This document shows, one piece after another, positions 35,987 through 46,238 of a DNA stretch of 64,000 nt; the first letter of the stretch is position 1; each line of letters opens with the position of its first letter. A model generated the notes under the pieces. It did no database searches. It had not been told where the DNA came from and saw only the letters and a list, made by a program, of their open reading frames with translations. Position numbers and translations under genes: made by a program. Source of the DNA: Gemmatimonadales bacterium (GTDB lineage: Bacteria > Gemmatimonadota > Gemmatimonadetes > Gemmatimonadales > GWC2-71-9); NCBI GenBank assembly GCA_035712285.1, contig DASTBA010000084.1, forward strand, positions 777 through 64,776, given 5' to 3'.

Positions 35987-37504
35987 TTATCGCGCGAGCC
36001 CGGGTGAGGGCTTGGCCACCGTCGGCGGCGTCACCGGCCGCGTCTCGCCTCGCGGCAGGAGTACCGGCAGGTTGGCCAGCTCGAATGCGGTCACCGCCAT
36101 GACCGCCGAGGCCTGCTTCAGGTCGCCAGGCACGGCGTGGTCGTAGGTATCCACCTGCGAGTGATGGGTGTGTCCATAGCCCCGGCTCTCCTGGTCGAAA
36201 TTCCAGCCCGGCACGCCATAGGGAAGGAACGAGAGGTGGTCGGTGCCACCCTTGTTGCCCTGCCGCACGTTCGTGGCGCCGAGTGACGCCACCGGAGCCA
36301 GCAGGTCCTTCCAGAGCTGTTCATCCTGGTTCCGGCCCTGGAGCGCCTGGCCGGTGATCATGCCGGTGCCGTTGTCGAGCACCAGGACGGCCTGGACCTT
36401 CGGCATCTCGGCGGCATGCGCGGCCGCATAGGCCGCCGAGCCCAGCAAGCCCTCTTCCTCGCCGCTGAAGAGGATGAACCGGATGGTGCGGCGGGGCTTG
36501 AGCCCGGACTGCTGGATCGCCCGGGCCGCCTCGAGCACCACCATGGAGCCGGTCCCGTTGTCGGTCGTGCCGGTGGCGAGATCCCAGCTGTCGAGGTGCG
36601 CGCCCAGGATCACCACCTCGTCCGGCTTCTCGCTCCCCCGGATTTCCGCCACGGTGTTCCACTGGGTCACGGGCCTCGTGCCGACGGTGTTCGCGATCGC
36701 CGCCTCGAAGCGGGGCGTCACGTTCCGCGCGATGAGCCGCGCGAGCATCGCGTAGTCCTCATGTGCGATGACCAGGTTGGGCAGCGGCGAGACGCGATAG
36801 GGGGAGCCGCTCATCGTGAGGAGGGCGAACTCCTTGGCGCCATCGGTCAGCTGGCCCAGGGCGCCGTACTTGCGCAGGAGGTATGGCAGGTCGGTACGGA
36901 ACTGCTGGCGCCGCTCGGCGGCCGCCCTCGAGGTGTCCGCGCTGGCCCGGAACCGGGCCTGACGTTCCTGCCGCTCGGCCCGCATCGCCGCGGAATCCGC
37001 CGCGGTCATCGGCGGGCCGTCGGGATTCCAGATGCTGGCGGGGTCGTTCAGCATGACCCAGGCGCCCTTGATCCGGCCGGCCGCCGCGGCGAGTGATTCG
37101 GGGCTCGACCCATCCACCCGCACCACCGGTCCGGCGAGCGCCTTGCCACCGGTGCCCACCGTCCAGGCCCAGCTCGCACCCGAGACCAGGCGATTGAACG
37201 GGGCGAGGAGCCGCGCCGTGACGGGGCCCCGCTCCCAGGTGACCCCATATTGCCACGGATCGAGGTCGCCGGAGAGGCCGTAGGCCTTGAACCGGGCCAG
37301 CGTCCAGTCGTTGGCCGCGCGCATGGCCGGGGAACCGGTCAGGCGCGGGCCGATGACGTCGGACAGGTACTCGAGATTGGCCATGACCTCCGAATGGTCC
37401 ATGGCCTGGGCGATGATGGCGCCCGCGCCGCTGGTGTCCACCGTCTGGGCACGGAGCGGGAGGGCGATGAACAGACTGGCGGCGAACAGGGCGGAATGTC
37501 GCAT
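35987..37504 (-). CDS. M28-family aminopeptidase with PA domain, secreted
   Basis: From ATG 37504: signal MRHSALFAASLFIALPLRAQ, then ILGAHLDSWD, FSGEEEGLLGS and GGTDHLSF (M28 zinc ligand pattern). Confidence 0.8.
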   Translation of the reverse strand: MRHSALFAASLFIALPLRAQTVDTSGAGAIIAQAMDHSEVMANLEYLSDVIGPRLTGSPAMRAANDWTLARFKAYGLSGDLDPWQYGVTWERGPVTARLLAPFNRLVSGASWAWTVGTGGKALAGPVVRVDGSSPESLAAAAGRIKGAWVMLNDPASIWNPDGPPMTAADSAAMRAERQERQARFRASADTSRAAAERRQQFRTDLPYLLRKYGALGQLTDGAKEFALLTMSGSPYRVSPLPNLVIAHEDYAMLARLIARNVTPRFEAAIANTVGTRPVTQWNTVAEIRGSEKPDEVVILGAHLDSWDLATGTTDNGTGSMVVLEAARAIQQSGLKPRRTIRFILFSGEEEGLLGSAAYAAAHAAEMPKVQAVLVLDNGTGMITGQALQGRNQDEQLWKDLLAPVASLGATNVRQGNKGGTDHLSFLPYGVPGWNFDQESRGYGHTHHSQVDTYDHAVPGDLKQASAVMAVTAFELANLPVLLPRGETRPVTPPTVAKPSPGLAR

Positions 37505-37597
37505 GCGGTGTGTCTCCAGCGAGTGTTGAAGGGAGGGCTGCCCGGAACTACGCACACACAAGGCGATTTGCTGCGCACCGGCCGAGGCGGTGCCAAG

Positions 37598-37625
37598 TTG
37601 ACCGCTCTCCCGTGCCTACTATCTT
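37598..37625 (+). promoter_or_regulatory. candidate sigma-70-type promoter for gltA
   Basis: TTGACC (37598-37603) - 16 nt - TATCTT (37620-37625), about 50 nt upstream of the GTG start. Confidence 0.3.
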
Positions 37626-37674
37626 TGCCGCAGCCAACCCACCCCGCCATCACGGCGGATCAGAGGAACGTGAC

Positions 37675-38958
37675 GTGTCCAAGAATACGCTGTCTATCAC
37701 TGACAACCGCACCGGCAAGTCCTACGAGGTCCCGGTCGAGGATGGGACCATCCGCGCCATGGACCTGCGCCAGATCAAGACGGCTGATGACGATTTCGGC
37801 CTGATGACCTACGATCCGGCCTACATGAACACGGCGGCCTGCCGGAGCGCCATCACCTTCATCGACGGCGACCGCGGGATCCTCCGCTATCGGGGTTACC
37901 CGATCGAGGAACTGGCGGACCGGGCCTCGTTCCTCGAGGTCGCCTACCTGCTGGCCGAAGGGGAGCTCCCGACCCGCGCCCAGCTGGACAAGTGGACCGA
38001 GGACATCCGCTACCATACCTACGTCCACACCAACATCATCCGCTTCATGGACGGGTTCCGCTATGACGCGCACCCGATGGGGATGCTGCTGGGGGCCGTC
38101 GGCGCACTGAGCACCTTCTACCCCGACGCCAAGGACATCCACGACCCGGCCAACCGCTACATCCAGCGGGTCCGGCTGATGGCCAAGATGCCGACGCTCG
38201 CGGCCTTCGTCTTCCGCCATGCGCGCGGGCTCCCCTACGAATTCCCGCGAAACGACCTGGACTACATCGGCAACTACGTCAACATGACGTTCAGCATCGG
38301 CGGGCAGCACAAGCCCAACAAGGTGCTGCAGCGCGCGCTCGAGATCCTGCTCATCCTGCATGCCGACCATGAGCAGAACTGCTCCACCAGCGCGGTGCGC
38401 GCCGTGGGGTCGTCGGCGGTGGATCCGTTCAGCGCCATCTCGGCCGGCATCGCGGCGCTCTATGGCCCGCTGCACGGCGGCGCCAACGAGGCGGTGCTCC
38501 GGATGCTGGATGACATCGGCGACCGGAAGAACATTCCCGCCTTCATCGAGAAGGTGAAGAGCGGCGAGGGCCGGCTCATGGGCTTCGGCCACCGGGTGTA
38601 CAAGTCGTACGACCCGCGCGCCAAGCTCATCAAGCGCGTGGCGGACGAGGTGTTCGCGCAGACGGGACTCAACCCCAAGCTCGAGCTGGCCCTGGAACTC
38701 GAGAAGATCGCCCTCTCGGACGACTACTTCGTCAAGCGGAAGCTGTACCCGAACGTGGACTTCTACTCCGGCCTGATCTACCAGGCGATGGGCTATCCGG
38801 CCGACTACTTCACAGTGCTGTTCGCCCTGGGCCGGATGCCGGGCTGGCTGGCGCAGTGGGAGGAGATGCTGTCGGACAAGGAGCAGAAGATCGCCCGGCC
38901 GCGGCAGATCTACACCGGGGCGGCAAAGCGGGAATTCGTGCCGATCGAACGGCGGTAG
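37675..38958 (+). CDS. gltA: citrate synthase (type II, hexameric-type)
   Basis: GTG 37675 preceded by GAGGAA. LSITDNRTGKSYEVPV, ILRYRGYPIEELA, HADHEQNCST, GPLHGGANE and GFGHRVYK. Confidence 0.9.
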   Translation: MSKNTLSITDNRTGKSYEVPVEDGTIRAMDLRQIKTADDDFGLMTYDPAYMNTAACRSAITFIDGDRGILRYRGYPIEELADRASFLEVAYLLAEGELPTRAQLDKWTEDIRYHTYVHTNIIRFMDGFRYDAHPMGMLLGAVGALSTFYPDAKDIHDPANRYIQRVRLMAKMPTLAAFVFRHARGLPYEFPRNDLDYIGNYVNMTFSIGGQHKPNKVLQRALEILLILHADHEQNCSTSAVRAVGSSAVDPFSAISAGIAALYGPLHGGANEAVLRMLDDIGDRKNIPAFIEKVKSGEGRLMGFGHRVYKSYDPRAKLIKRVADEVFAQTGLNPKLELALELEKIALSDDYFVKRKLYPNVDFYSGLIYQAMGYPADYFTVLFALGRMPGWLAQWEEMLSDKEQKIARPRQIYTGAAKREFVPIERR

Positions 38959-38991
38959 GCGCGGGCGGGACCGCAACGCGAGCAGGGGCGC

Positions 38992-39033
38992 ATCGCGAGC
39001 AGGGGCGCAACGCGTTGCGCCCCTGCTCGCGAT
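38992..39033. terminator. 42-nt perfect palindrome (bidirectional terminator) between gltA and speA
   Basis: atcgcgagcaggggcgcaacg|cgttgcgcccctgctcgcgat. The left arm is partly duplicated again at 38972-38990. Confidence 0.6.
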
Positions 39034-39039
39034 CGGATT

Positions 39040-41148
<2,109 letters not shown>

Positions 41149-41310
41149 GCACCCTAACCGATTGCACGAGCATCAGTTGAACGGATGCCGGAGCGGCAGG
41201 AGGAAGGGGCACGAAGCTCGCTTCATGATCCGGCGCACGAAGCACCGCGGTACGGGTGCAGTGAAGCAGGTTGCAGTCACCAATTTCTGCTCCAGGAGAG
41301 CAACGACTCT

Positions 41311-41961
41311 ATGGTCACCCCAGGTATGCTGTCGGGCCACCGGGTACCCGAGAACGTGCGTGTGGATTTCGATGTCGTGATTGCCCGCGCGTGGCAGGCG
41401 CTGGCACTGGCCCATGAAGAGGCGCTCGTGACCTTCGTGCGGCGGGTCAGCCCGCGGATCGGGACCGAGGCCGCCCTGCAGCGCTATTTCCGTGAAGTGG
41501 CGGTGCCGCTCGAGATGCGGGAGACCGTCCGGACCCGCGCCCTGCTGGCACTGACGCCGGACGAGCGGCGCCGCGGTGCGGAAGACAGCGAGGGCTGGAA
41601 CTTGCTTCGTCCCGACCAGCTGGTCGGCGCGGTCCGGCGGCGCACCCGGTTCGTCGAGGAGACGACGCTGGCACTCAAGCTGGCCGCCGCTGCCGCCGAA
41701 GAGTCGCTCACCACCACCCACGTCCGGATGGCGCTGGAGACGGCGCACGTGCTGAGTGGCTCGATCCCGGTGGACGAGTCCATCATGCATTACATCCGGT
41801 CGTTCCGCCTGGCCAATGCCTCGGCGCAGGTGGTGTTCCAGCGGGCCATGGCGCAGCTGGCCGATCTCGATGTGGAGGTCACCGCCGAGCTGCCGGTGAT
41901 CGAGGCACCCCGGCCGCGCCGCCTGGCGTCGCTCACCGTGCTGGGGCTGCGCGCCGGCTGA
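41311..41961 (+). CDS. hypothetical protein
   Basis: High GC3 in this frame from ATG 41311 (MVTPGMLSGHRVPENV...). The antisense 355-aa ORF (41173..42240) is Arg/Pro-rich shadow. No family recognised. Confidence 0.55.
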   Translation: MVTPGMLSGHRVPENVRVDFDVVIARAWQALALAHEEALVTFVRRVSPRIGTEAALQRYFREVAVPLEMRETVRTRALLALTPDERRRGAEDSEGWNLLRPDQLVGAVRRRTRFVEETTLALKLAAAAAEESLTTTHVRMALETAHVLSGSIPVDESIMHYIRSFRLANASAQVVFQRAMAQLADLDVEVTAELPVIEAPRPRRLASLTVLGLRAG

Positions 41962-41995
41962 TGCTGTTCTGACGCGCCGGGGGTAAGATTCAGGC

Positions 41996-43057
41996 ATGGC
42001 CTGGTCTTTCCCCATCGCGCGGATCGGCGGGACAGTCGTGAAGGTCCACGTGACCTTCCTGCTGCTGCTCGGCTTCTTCCTCGTGGCCGGCGGCCTCGCC
42101 GCCGTCGGCCTCATCCTCGCCGTCTTCGCCTGCGTCCTCCTCCACGAATTCGGGCACGTGCTCATGGCACGCCGCTTTGGCGTGCGCACACCCGATGTGA
42201 TCCTGCTCCCGATCGGCGGGCTGGCGCGCCTCGAGCGCATGCCGGAGGAACCCCGGCAGGAACTGCTGATCGCGCTGGCCGGGCCGGTGGTGACACTGCT
42301 GCTGGCCGTGATCTTCTATGCCCTGCTCCGGGTGGCGGGCACGGTGCCCCCGCTCCTTCCGTCACTCGAAGTGCAGGCCGGCTCGGTGCTGGGGGAGCTG
42401 TACAGCATCAACGTGCTGCTCCTGCTGTTCAACCTGATTCCCGCGTTTCCCATGGACGGCGGGCGGGTCCTGCGCGCGCTCCTGGCTGCGCGGCAGGGGC
42501 TCCCCCGTGCCACCCGGATCGCCGCGACCGTGGGCCAGGTGCTCGCGTTCGGGCTCGGGTTCGCGGCGCTCATGAGCGGCAACATTCTCCTGCTGCTCAT
42601 CGCGTTCTTCGTCTTCATCGGTGCCGGAGGGGAGGCCGCCGCGGTCGAGACCCGCGAGGCGGGGCGCGGCCTCACGGTGCGCGAGATGATGGTGACGGAC
42701 TTCCGCACCCTGCCGGCCTGGGCCACGCTCCGGGACGCAGCCGAATTGCTCGTGGCCTCCGATCAGCGGGAATTCCCGGTGGTGGACAACGCCGGCGCGG
42801 TGGTGGGCATTCTCTCGCGGGACGACCTGGTGAAGGGACTGTCACAGCGGGGGCCGGATGCACTGGCCCGGGAGGCGCTCGCGGGACCGAGCGCGCCGAT
42901 CGCCGCGACCGTGGCGTTCGAGCCGGCGCTGGCGGCGCTGCAGGCGAGCGGGAGGAGCGCGCTGCCTGTGATGGAGAACGGACGGCTGATCGGGATGCTG
43001 ACCCGGGACAACATCACCGACCTCGTGCTGGTGCGGCGGGCGGTGGCGCGGCCGTAG
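41996..43057 (+). CDS. M50 site-2-protease family metalloprotease with C-terminal CBS pair
   Basis: HEFGH zinc motif in a TM helix, NLIPAFPMDGGRV (second M50 motif), and two CBS-like repeats at the C-terminus. Confidence 0.85.
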   Translation: MAWSFPIARIGGTVVKVHVTFLLLLGFFLVAGGLAAVGLILAVFACVLLHEFGHVLMARRFGVRTPDVILLPIGGLARLERMPEEPRQELLIALAGPVVTLLLAVIFYALLRVAGTVPPLLPSLEVQAGSVLGELYSINVLLLLFNLIPAFPMDGGRVLRALLAARQGLPRATRIAATVGQVLAFGLGFAALMSGNILLLLIAFFVFIGAGGEAAAVETREAGRGLTVREMMVTDFRTLPAWATLRDAAELLVASDQREFPVVDNAGAVVGILSRDDLVKGLSQRGPDALAREALAGPSAPIAATVAFEPALAALQASGRSALPVMENGRLIGMLTRDNITDLVLVRRAVARP

Positions 43058-43062
43058 GGGTC

Positions 43063-43098
43063 GCCTGTAGGGGCCGCCGGCCGGCGGCCCCTACAGGC
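43063..43098. terminator. 36-nt palindromic hairpin between convergent genes
   Basis: gcctgtaggggccgccgg|ccggcggcccctacaggc. It overlaps the stop codon of the minus-strand gene ending at 43091. Confidence 0.55.
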
Positions 43099-43513
43099 CG
43101 TCTTCCAGCTTGGCGAGATCCGCCTCCAGGTCCGGGCCCGGGTCGCGTGGGCGGCGCCAGTACCACCATTCGCGCTCCGGTTCCCATCCCTCGTCCCGTG
43201 CCACGTCCTCACCCCAGAGACATTGATCGAGCGGCTCGGTGAGCATCCGGAAACGCTTGTCGCTTGCCGCGATCTCCTCCTTGATCTTGCCGGCTTCCGC
43301 CTTGGGCAGGTGGCCGAGAGCGCCGGCCAGGAGGGTGCGGGTATCCATGTCGTTGAGGTAGTCGTCCAGGGTGTAGGGATAGTGGTCCTCGAGCGAGTGA
43401 ACGACCTCCTGCCAGCGCTCGACCAGGCCCGGCACCCCGGCACGCACGATGTGCGCGGGGCAGCCCCTGGCCCGGAGCCAGTCGCGCACGGGATCGGAGC
43501 GTTTGGTGGTCAT
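43091..43513 (-). CDS. hypothetical acidic, Trp-rich cytoplasmic protein
   Basis: 140 aa with good GC3. No TM segment or signal peptide. Lies 21 nt downstream of the 43535..43972 gene. Confidence 0.55.
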   Translation of the reverse strand: MTTKRSDPVRDWLRARGCPAHIVRAGVPGLVERWQEVVHSLEDHYPYTLDDYLNDMDTRTLLAGALGHLPKAEAGKIKEEIAASDKRFRMLTEPLDQCLWGEDVARDEGWEPEREWWYWRRPRDPGPDLEADLAKLEDGL

Positions 43514-43534
43514 GGGCCATATCCTCCCTTCGGT

Positions 43535-43972
43535 TCAGTCGCCGCGGCGTGCCGCCTGTCGCCGAAAATACCGCCCCCCGTCATTGGGGCGGAAGAAGGT
43601 CCGGATGGTGCCGTCGCGGTCGAACGCGATGAAGCTGCCGGTGGCGGTGTCGAACCGGGTGACGACCGAATCCGCCCGCCGGATCTCGAGCACCGTCGCC
43701 GACACCGGCGCATCGCGCAGCGCCTGCGCCTGGTGCAGGTATTCGTCCATCGTGATGCGGCCGAACTCCCGGCCGTGCTTTCCGTAGTGGAGGCGTAGCA
43801 GCTCCGGCGTGCGGAAACCGCGGCCGCTCACGACCGAGGCGGCCCCGGACGTTGCCGTCACCCGATCCCGATGCGGCGCCTGCAGCACCGCCATCAGCAC
43901 CACGAGCAGTGCGGCGCCCAACGCCACGAATGCGGGCAGTGCGCGACGACCGCGGGGCGGCACGACACTCAT
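43535..43972 (-). CDS. membrane-anchored hypothetical protein with HYGKHGREF ... FFRP-x5-G-x-YF motif pair
   Basis: ATGA overlap with the upstream gene. N-terminal TM segment (ALPAFVALGAALLVVLMAVL), then a ~95-aa globular part. Confidence 0.55.
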   Translation of the reverse strand: MSVVPPRGRRALPAFVALGAALLVVLMAVLQAPHRDRVTATSGAASVVSGRGFRTPELLRLHYGKHGREFGRITMDEYLHQAQALRDAPVSATVLEIRRADSVVTRFDTATGSFIAFDRDGTIRTFFRPNDGGRYFRRQAARRGD

Positions 43973-45762
43973 CGGGGTCCACCTCCCAGGCGGGCCAGCC
44001 CCTCCCTCGCGAAACGGTCGTCGGGCGCCTGACGCAGCACCGCCTGAAACTCCGCCTGCGCCCGCGTCACGTCACCCGTGGCGGCGAGTGCGACGGCCAG
44101 GGCGTTCCGCAGCGTGATCGCAGTAGTATCCAGCGCCACCGCCTGGCGAAGCGCTGACACCGCCTCGTGCGGCCGGTTCGCCTCGAACAGCGCCCGGCCG
44201 AGATTATACCAGGCGTGCGCCGAATTCGGCGTCTGGGCCACCAGAGTCCGGAACACGGAAGCAGCCTCGACTGACTGCCCGCTCATCGCCAGCGCCGCTC
44301 CGAGGTTCAGTTCGGCCTGCAGGTGGCCTGGACGGCGGGCCAGAACCTCTCGATAGATTCCGATCGCCTCCGGCAGTCGACCCTGCCTGAGCCGCACCGT
44401 CCCTAGCGCATACATGGCATCCGGACTGCCCGGCTCCTGATCCAGTTGATGCCGGGCCATCGTCTCTTCCAGCGCGATGCGGCGGGCCGGATCCAGATCC
44501 ACTTGCAGGGAAAGCGTTGCCATCTCGTCGTGCGAGCCGTTGCCGTGCATGACCCTGCGGGGAGGCCGGTTGGGATTCCGGGGATTGGAAGCCGAGTTGT
44601 CATAGACGTACCGCATGACCAGACGGGTGCCGGCCGGCAGATCGAGAGGCGCCGCAAACCGGTACTGGTCCTGCCAGAAGAAATTCCAGTCGTCAATGCG
44701 GAGAAGCGTATCGACCTTCCCGCCAGGAAGGTCGGCGGTCACCCGCATCTGGCGGGCCAGGAAGTGAGCGTGAGGGTAGATGCTGAGGGCGCGCACCGGC
44801 ACCGGCAGGGTGAGGCTGTCGCTCACGGCATAGGCCGAGTCCCCCGCCGGAATGTCGATGTGCGCCGCCTTCAGGAGCACCACGGCCAGCGGGCGCGCCG
44901 GCGGAACGGGTGTGAAGTACAGGCCGATGCGGGGCCGTACCGAGCGTGCAGTGTCGGTCGGCGGCAGGTGCACCTGCACGATCAAGTCGCTTTCCGGAGG
45001 AAGAACCCACGCCAGGCTCTCGGGTTCGACGGCCGGCAACTTGCCCGGAGTCCAGGCCAGGAAGTGCCCGTCCGGAGGCTCCGAGGCGCCCATATCCATG
45101 CCGCCGAACCCCGGCTGCCCATCCTTCCCGGCCAGCGCCCGCGATGCGCGTTCGGGGTCGAGCTGGATGATCGCGTGATGCACAGCACCGCCAGGCCCGG
45201 GGGAGAACTCGACCGCGTGGACAAACCGTTCACTGGCAAGTGGCACCGGAATGATGAGGTTGCGGAAGACATCGGTCGCGTGCGCCGGCTGCGTGAATGG
45301 CTCTGTCGCCTCCACCACGAGGTCGGGAGTGCCAAGCTGCCATTCACTGTGCCAAGGTGCCGCGGTCGCCGCCGAATCCGTCACCGCGCGCTCACCGCGT
45401 GGAGCGCCGGCCGCCGCCCAGTCCGCGAGCAGCTGCCGCTCCTTCGCTGAAAGCCGCCGGTCGCCGGCGAACCAGCCCGGAGCCGCCACCGGCAGCCACG
45501 GTGGCATGCGCCGTGCCTCGACTGCCGCGCGAACCGCACCGGCGTACTGCTTCGCGTCTGCATAAGTGGCGAGACTGAAGGGAGCGATCCCTCCCTGATG
45601 ATGACAGGCCATGCAGCGCTCGGCCACAACCGGCTCGACCTGCCCGGTCCACGTGGGCGCATTGGCCATTGAGGCATGCTCTGGCCGGGCTTCGCAGCCG
45701 ACCAGGACGCAGGTACCGATTATTGCGATCGCGGCCGGCTGCCAGTTCAGGATCACTTGCAC
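43969..45762 (-). CDS. lipoprotein with N-terminal CxxCH haem-c domain, copper type-II monooxygenase-like (PHM/DBH-like) domain and C-terminal TPR repeats
   Basis: GTG 45762 gives VQVILNWQPAAIAIIGTCVLVGC (lipobox). CMACHH...MPPW, His-rich segments (AVHHAI, HAHFLARQM), and 4-5 TPR-like repeats at the C-terminus. Confidence 0.65.
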   Translation of the reverse strand: MQVILNWQPAAIAIIGTCVLVGCEARPEHASMANAPTWTGQVEPVVAERCMACHHQGGIAPFSLATYADAKQYAGAVRAAVEARRMPPWLPVAAPGWFAGDRRLSAKERQLLADWAAAGAPRGERAVTDSAATAAPWHSEWQLGTPDLVVEATEPFTQPAHATDVFRNLIIPVPLASERFVHAVEFSPGPGGAVHHAIIQLDPERASRALAGKDGQPGFGGMDMGASEPPDGHFLAWTPGKLPAVEPESLAWVLPPESDLIVQVHLPPTDTARSVRPRIGLYFTPVPPARPLAVVLLKAAHIDIPAGDSAYAVSDSLTLPVPVRALSIYPHAHFLARQMRVTADLPGGKVDTLLRIDDWNFFWQDQYRFAAPLDLPAGTRLVMRYVYDNSASNPRNPNRPPRRVMHGNGSHDEMATLSLQVDLDPARRIALEETMARHQLDQEPGSPDAMYALGTVRLRQGRLPEAIGIYREVLARRPGHLQAELNLGAALAMSGQSVEAASVFRTLVAQTPNSAHAWYNLGRALFEANRPHEAVSALRQAVALDTTAITLRNALAVALAATGDVTRAQAEFQAVLRQAPDDRFAREGLARLGGGPR

Positions 45763-46238
45763 TCGCCTTTCCGATAGGCACTGGGTATACACAACCGATT
45801 CCTGCCCCCCCAAAGCCCGGCCTTGGCCATCCTCGCCCTCCGCTCCGCCCGTTCCAGGCGCTCGACATATCGCACGTCCGGTGGCACTGTATAGAGCACG
45901 GCCCAGCCACTGGCCACCATGCGCTCGTTCACCAGCGTGTCGCCCCGCCACACCCACGCGAGCTGCCGTCCGTAACGGTCGGTGCGCGACACATCCCGCT
46001 CGAGACGCACCGTGTCCCCCAGCGGCAGCCAGCGCGCGAGGCGGGCGGTGGCGGAATCATGGATCACCCCCTGGCCGCGTTCCGGTGCGTCGAATCCGAT
46101 CGGGCGCACCTTGACGCCGCCCCGGCACCAGAAGGTGTCGCCGTCCACGATCCGGCTGACGACGCAGGCGACGATCGCCTGCGCCCGGACCGGACGGGAC
46201 CATACGGCCAGCAACAGAAGAACCCACAGGCTTCGCAT
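45753..46238 (-). CDS. secreted thermonuclease (SNase-like)
   Basis: From ATG 46238: signal [21 protein letters not shown], then VDGDTFW...VRPIGFDAPE and DRYGRQLAWVW...VNERMVASGWA. Confidence 0.75.
   Translation of the reverse strand: MRSLWVLLLLAVWSRPVRAQAIVACVVSRIVDGDTFWCRGGVKVRPIGFDAPERGQGVIHDSATARLARWLPLGDTVRLERDVSRTDRYGRQLAWVWRGDTLVNERMVASGWAVLYTVPPDVRYVERLERAERRARMAKAGLWGGRNRLCIPSAYRKGECK

Noticed and set aside
41173-42240. A 355-aa minus-strand ORF spanning the speA / M50 intergenic genes.
   Set aside because: It has Arg/Pro-rich composition and overlaps both the well-biased + strand ORF 41311..41961 and the M50 protease start. It is shadow frame.
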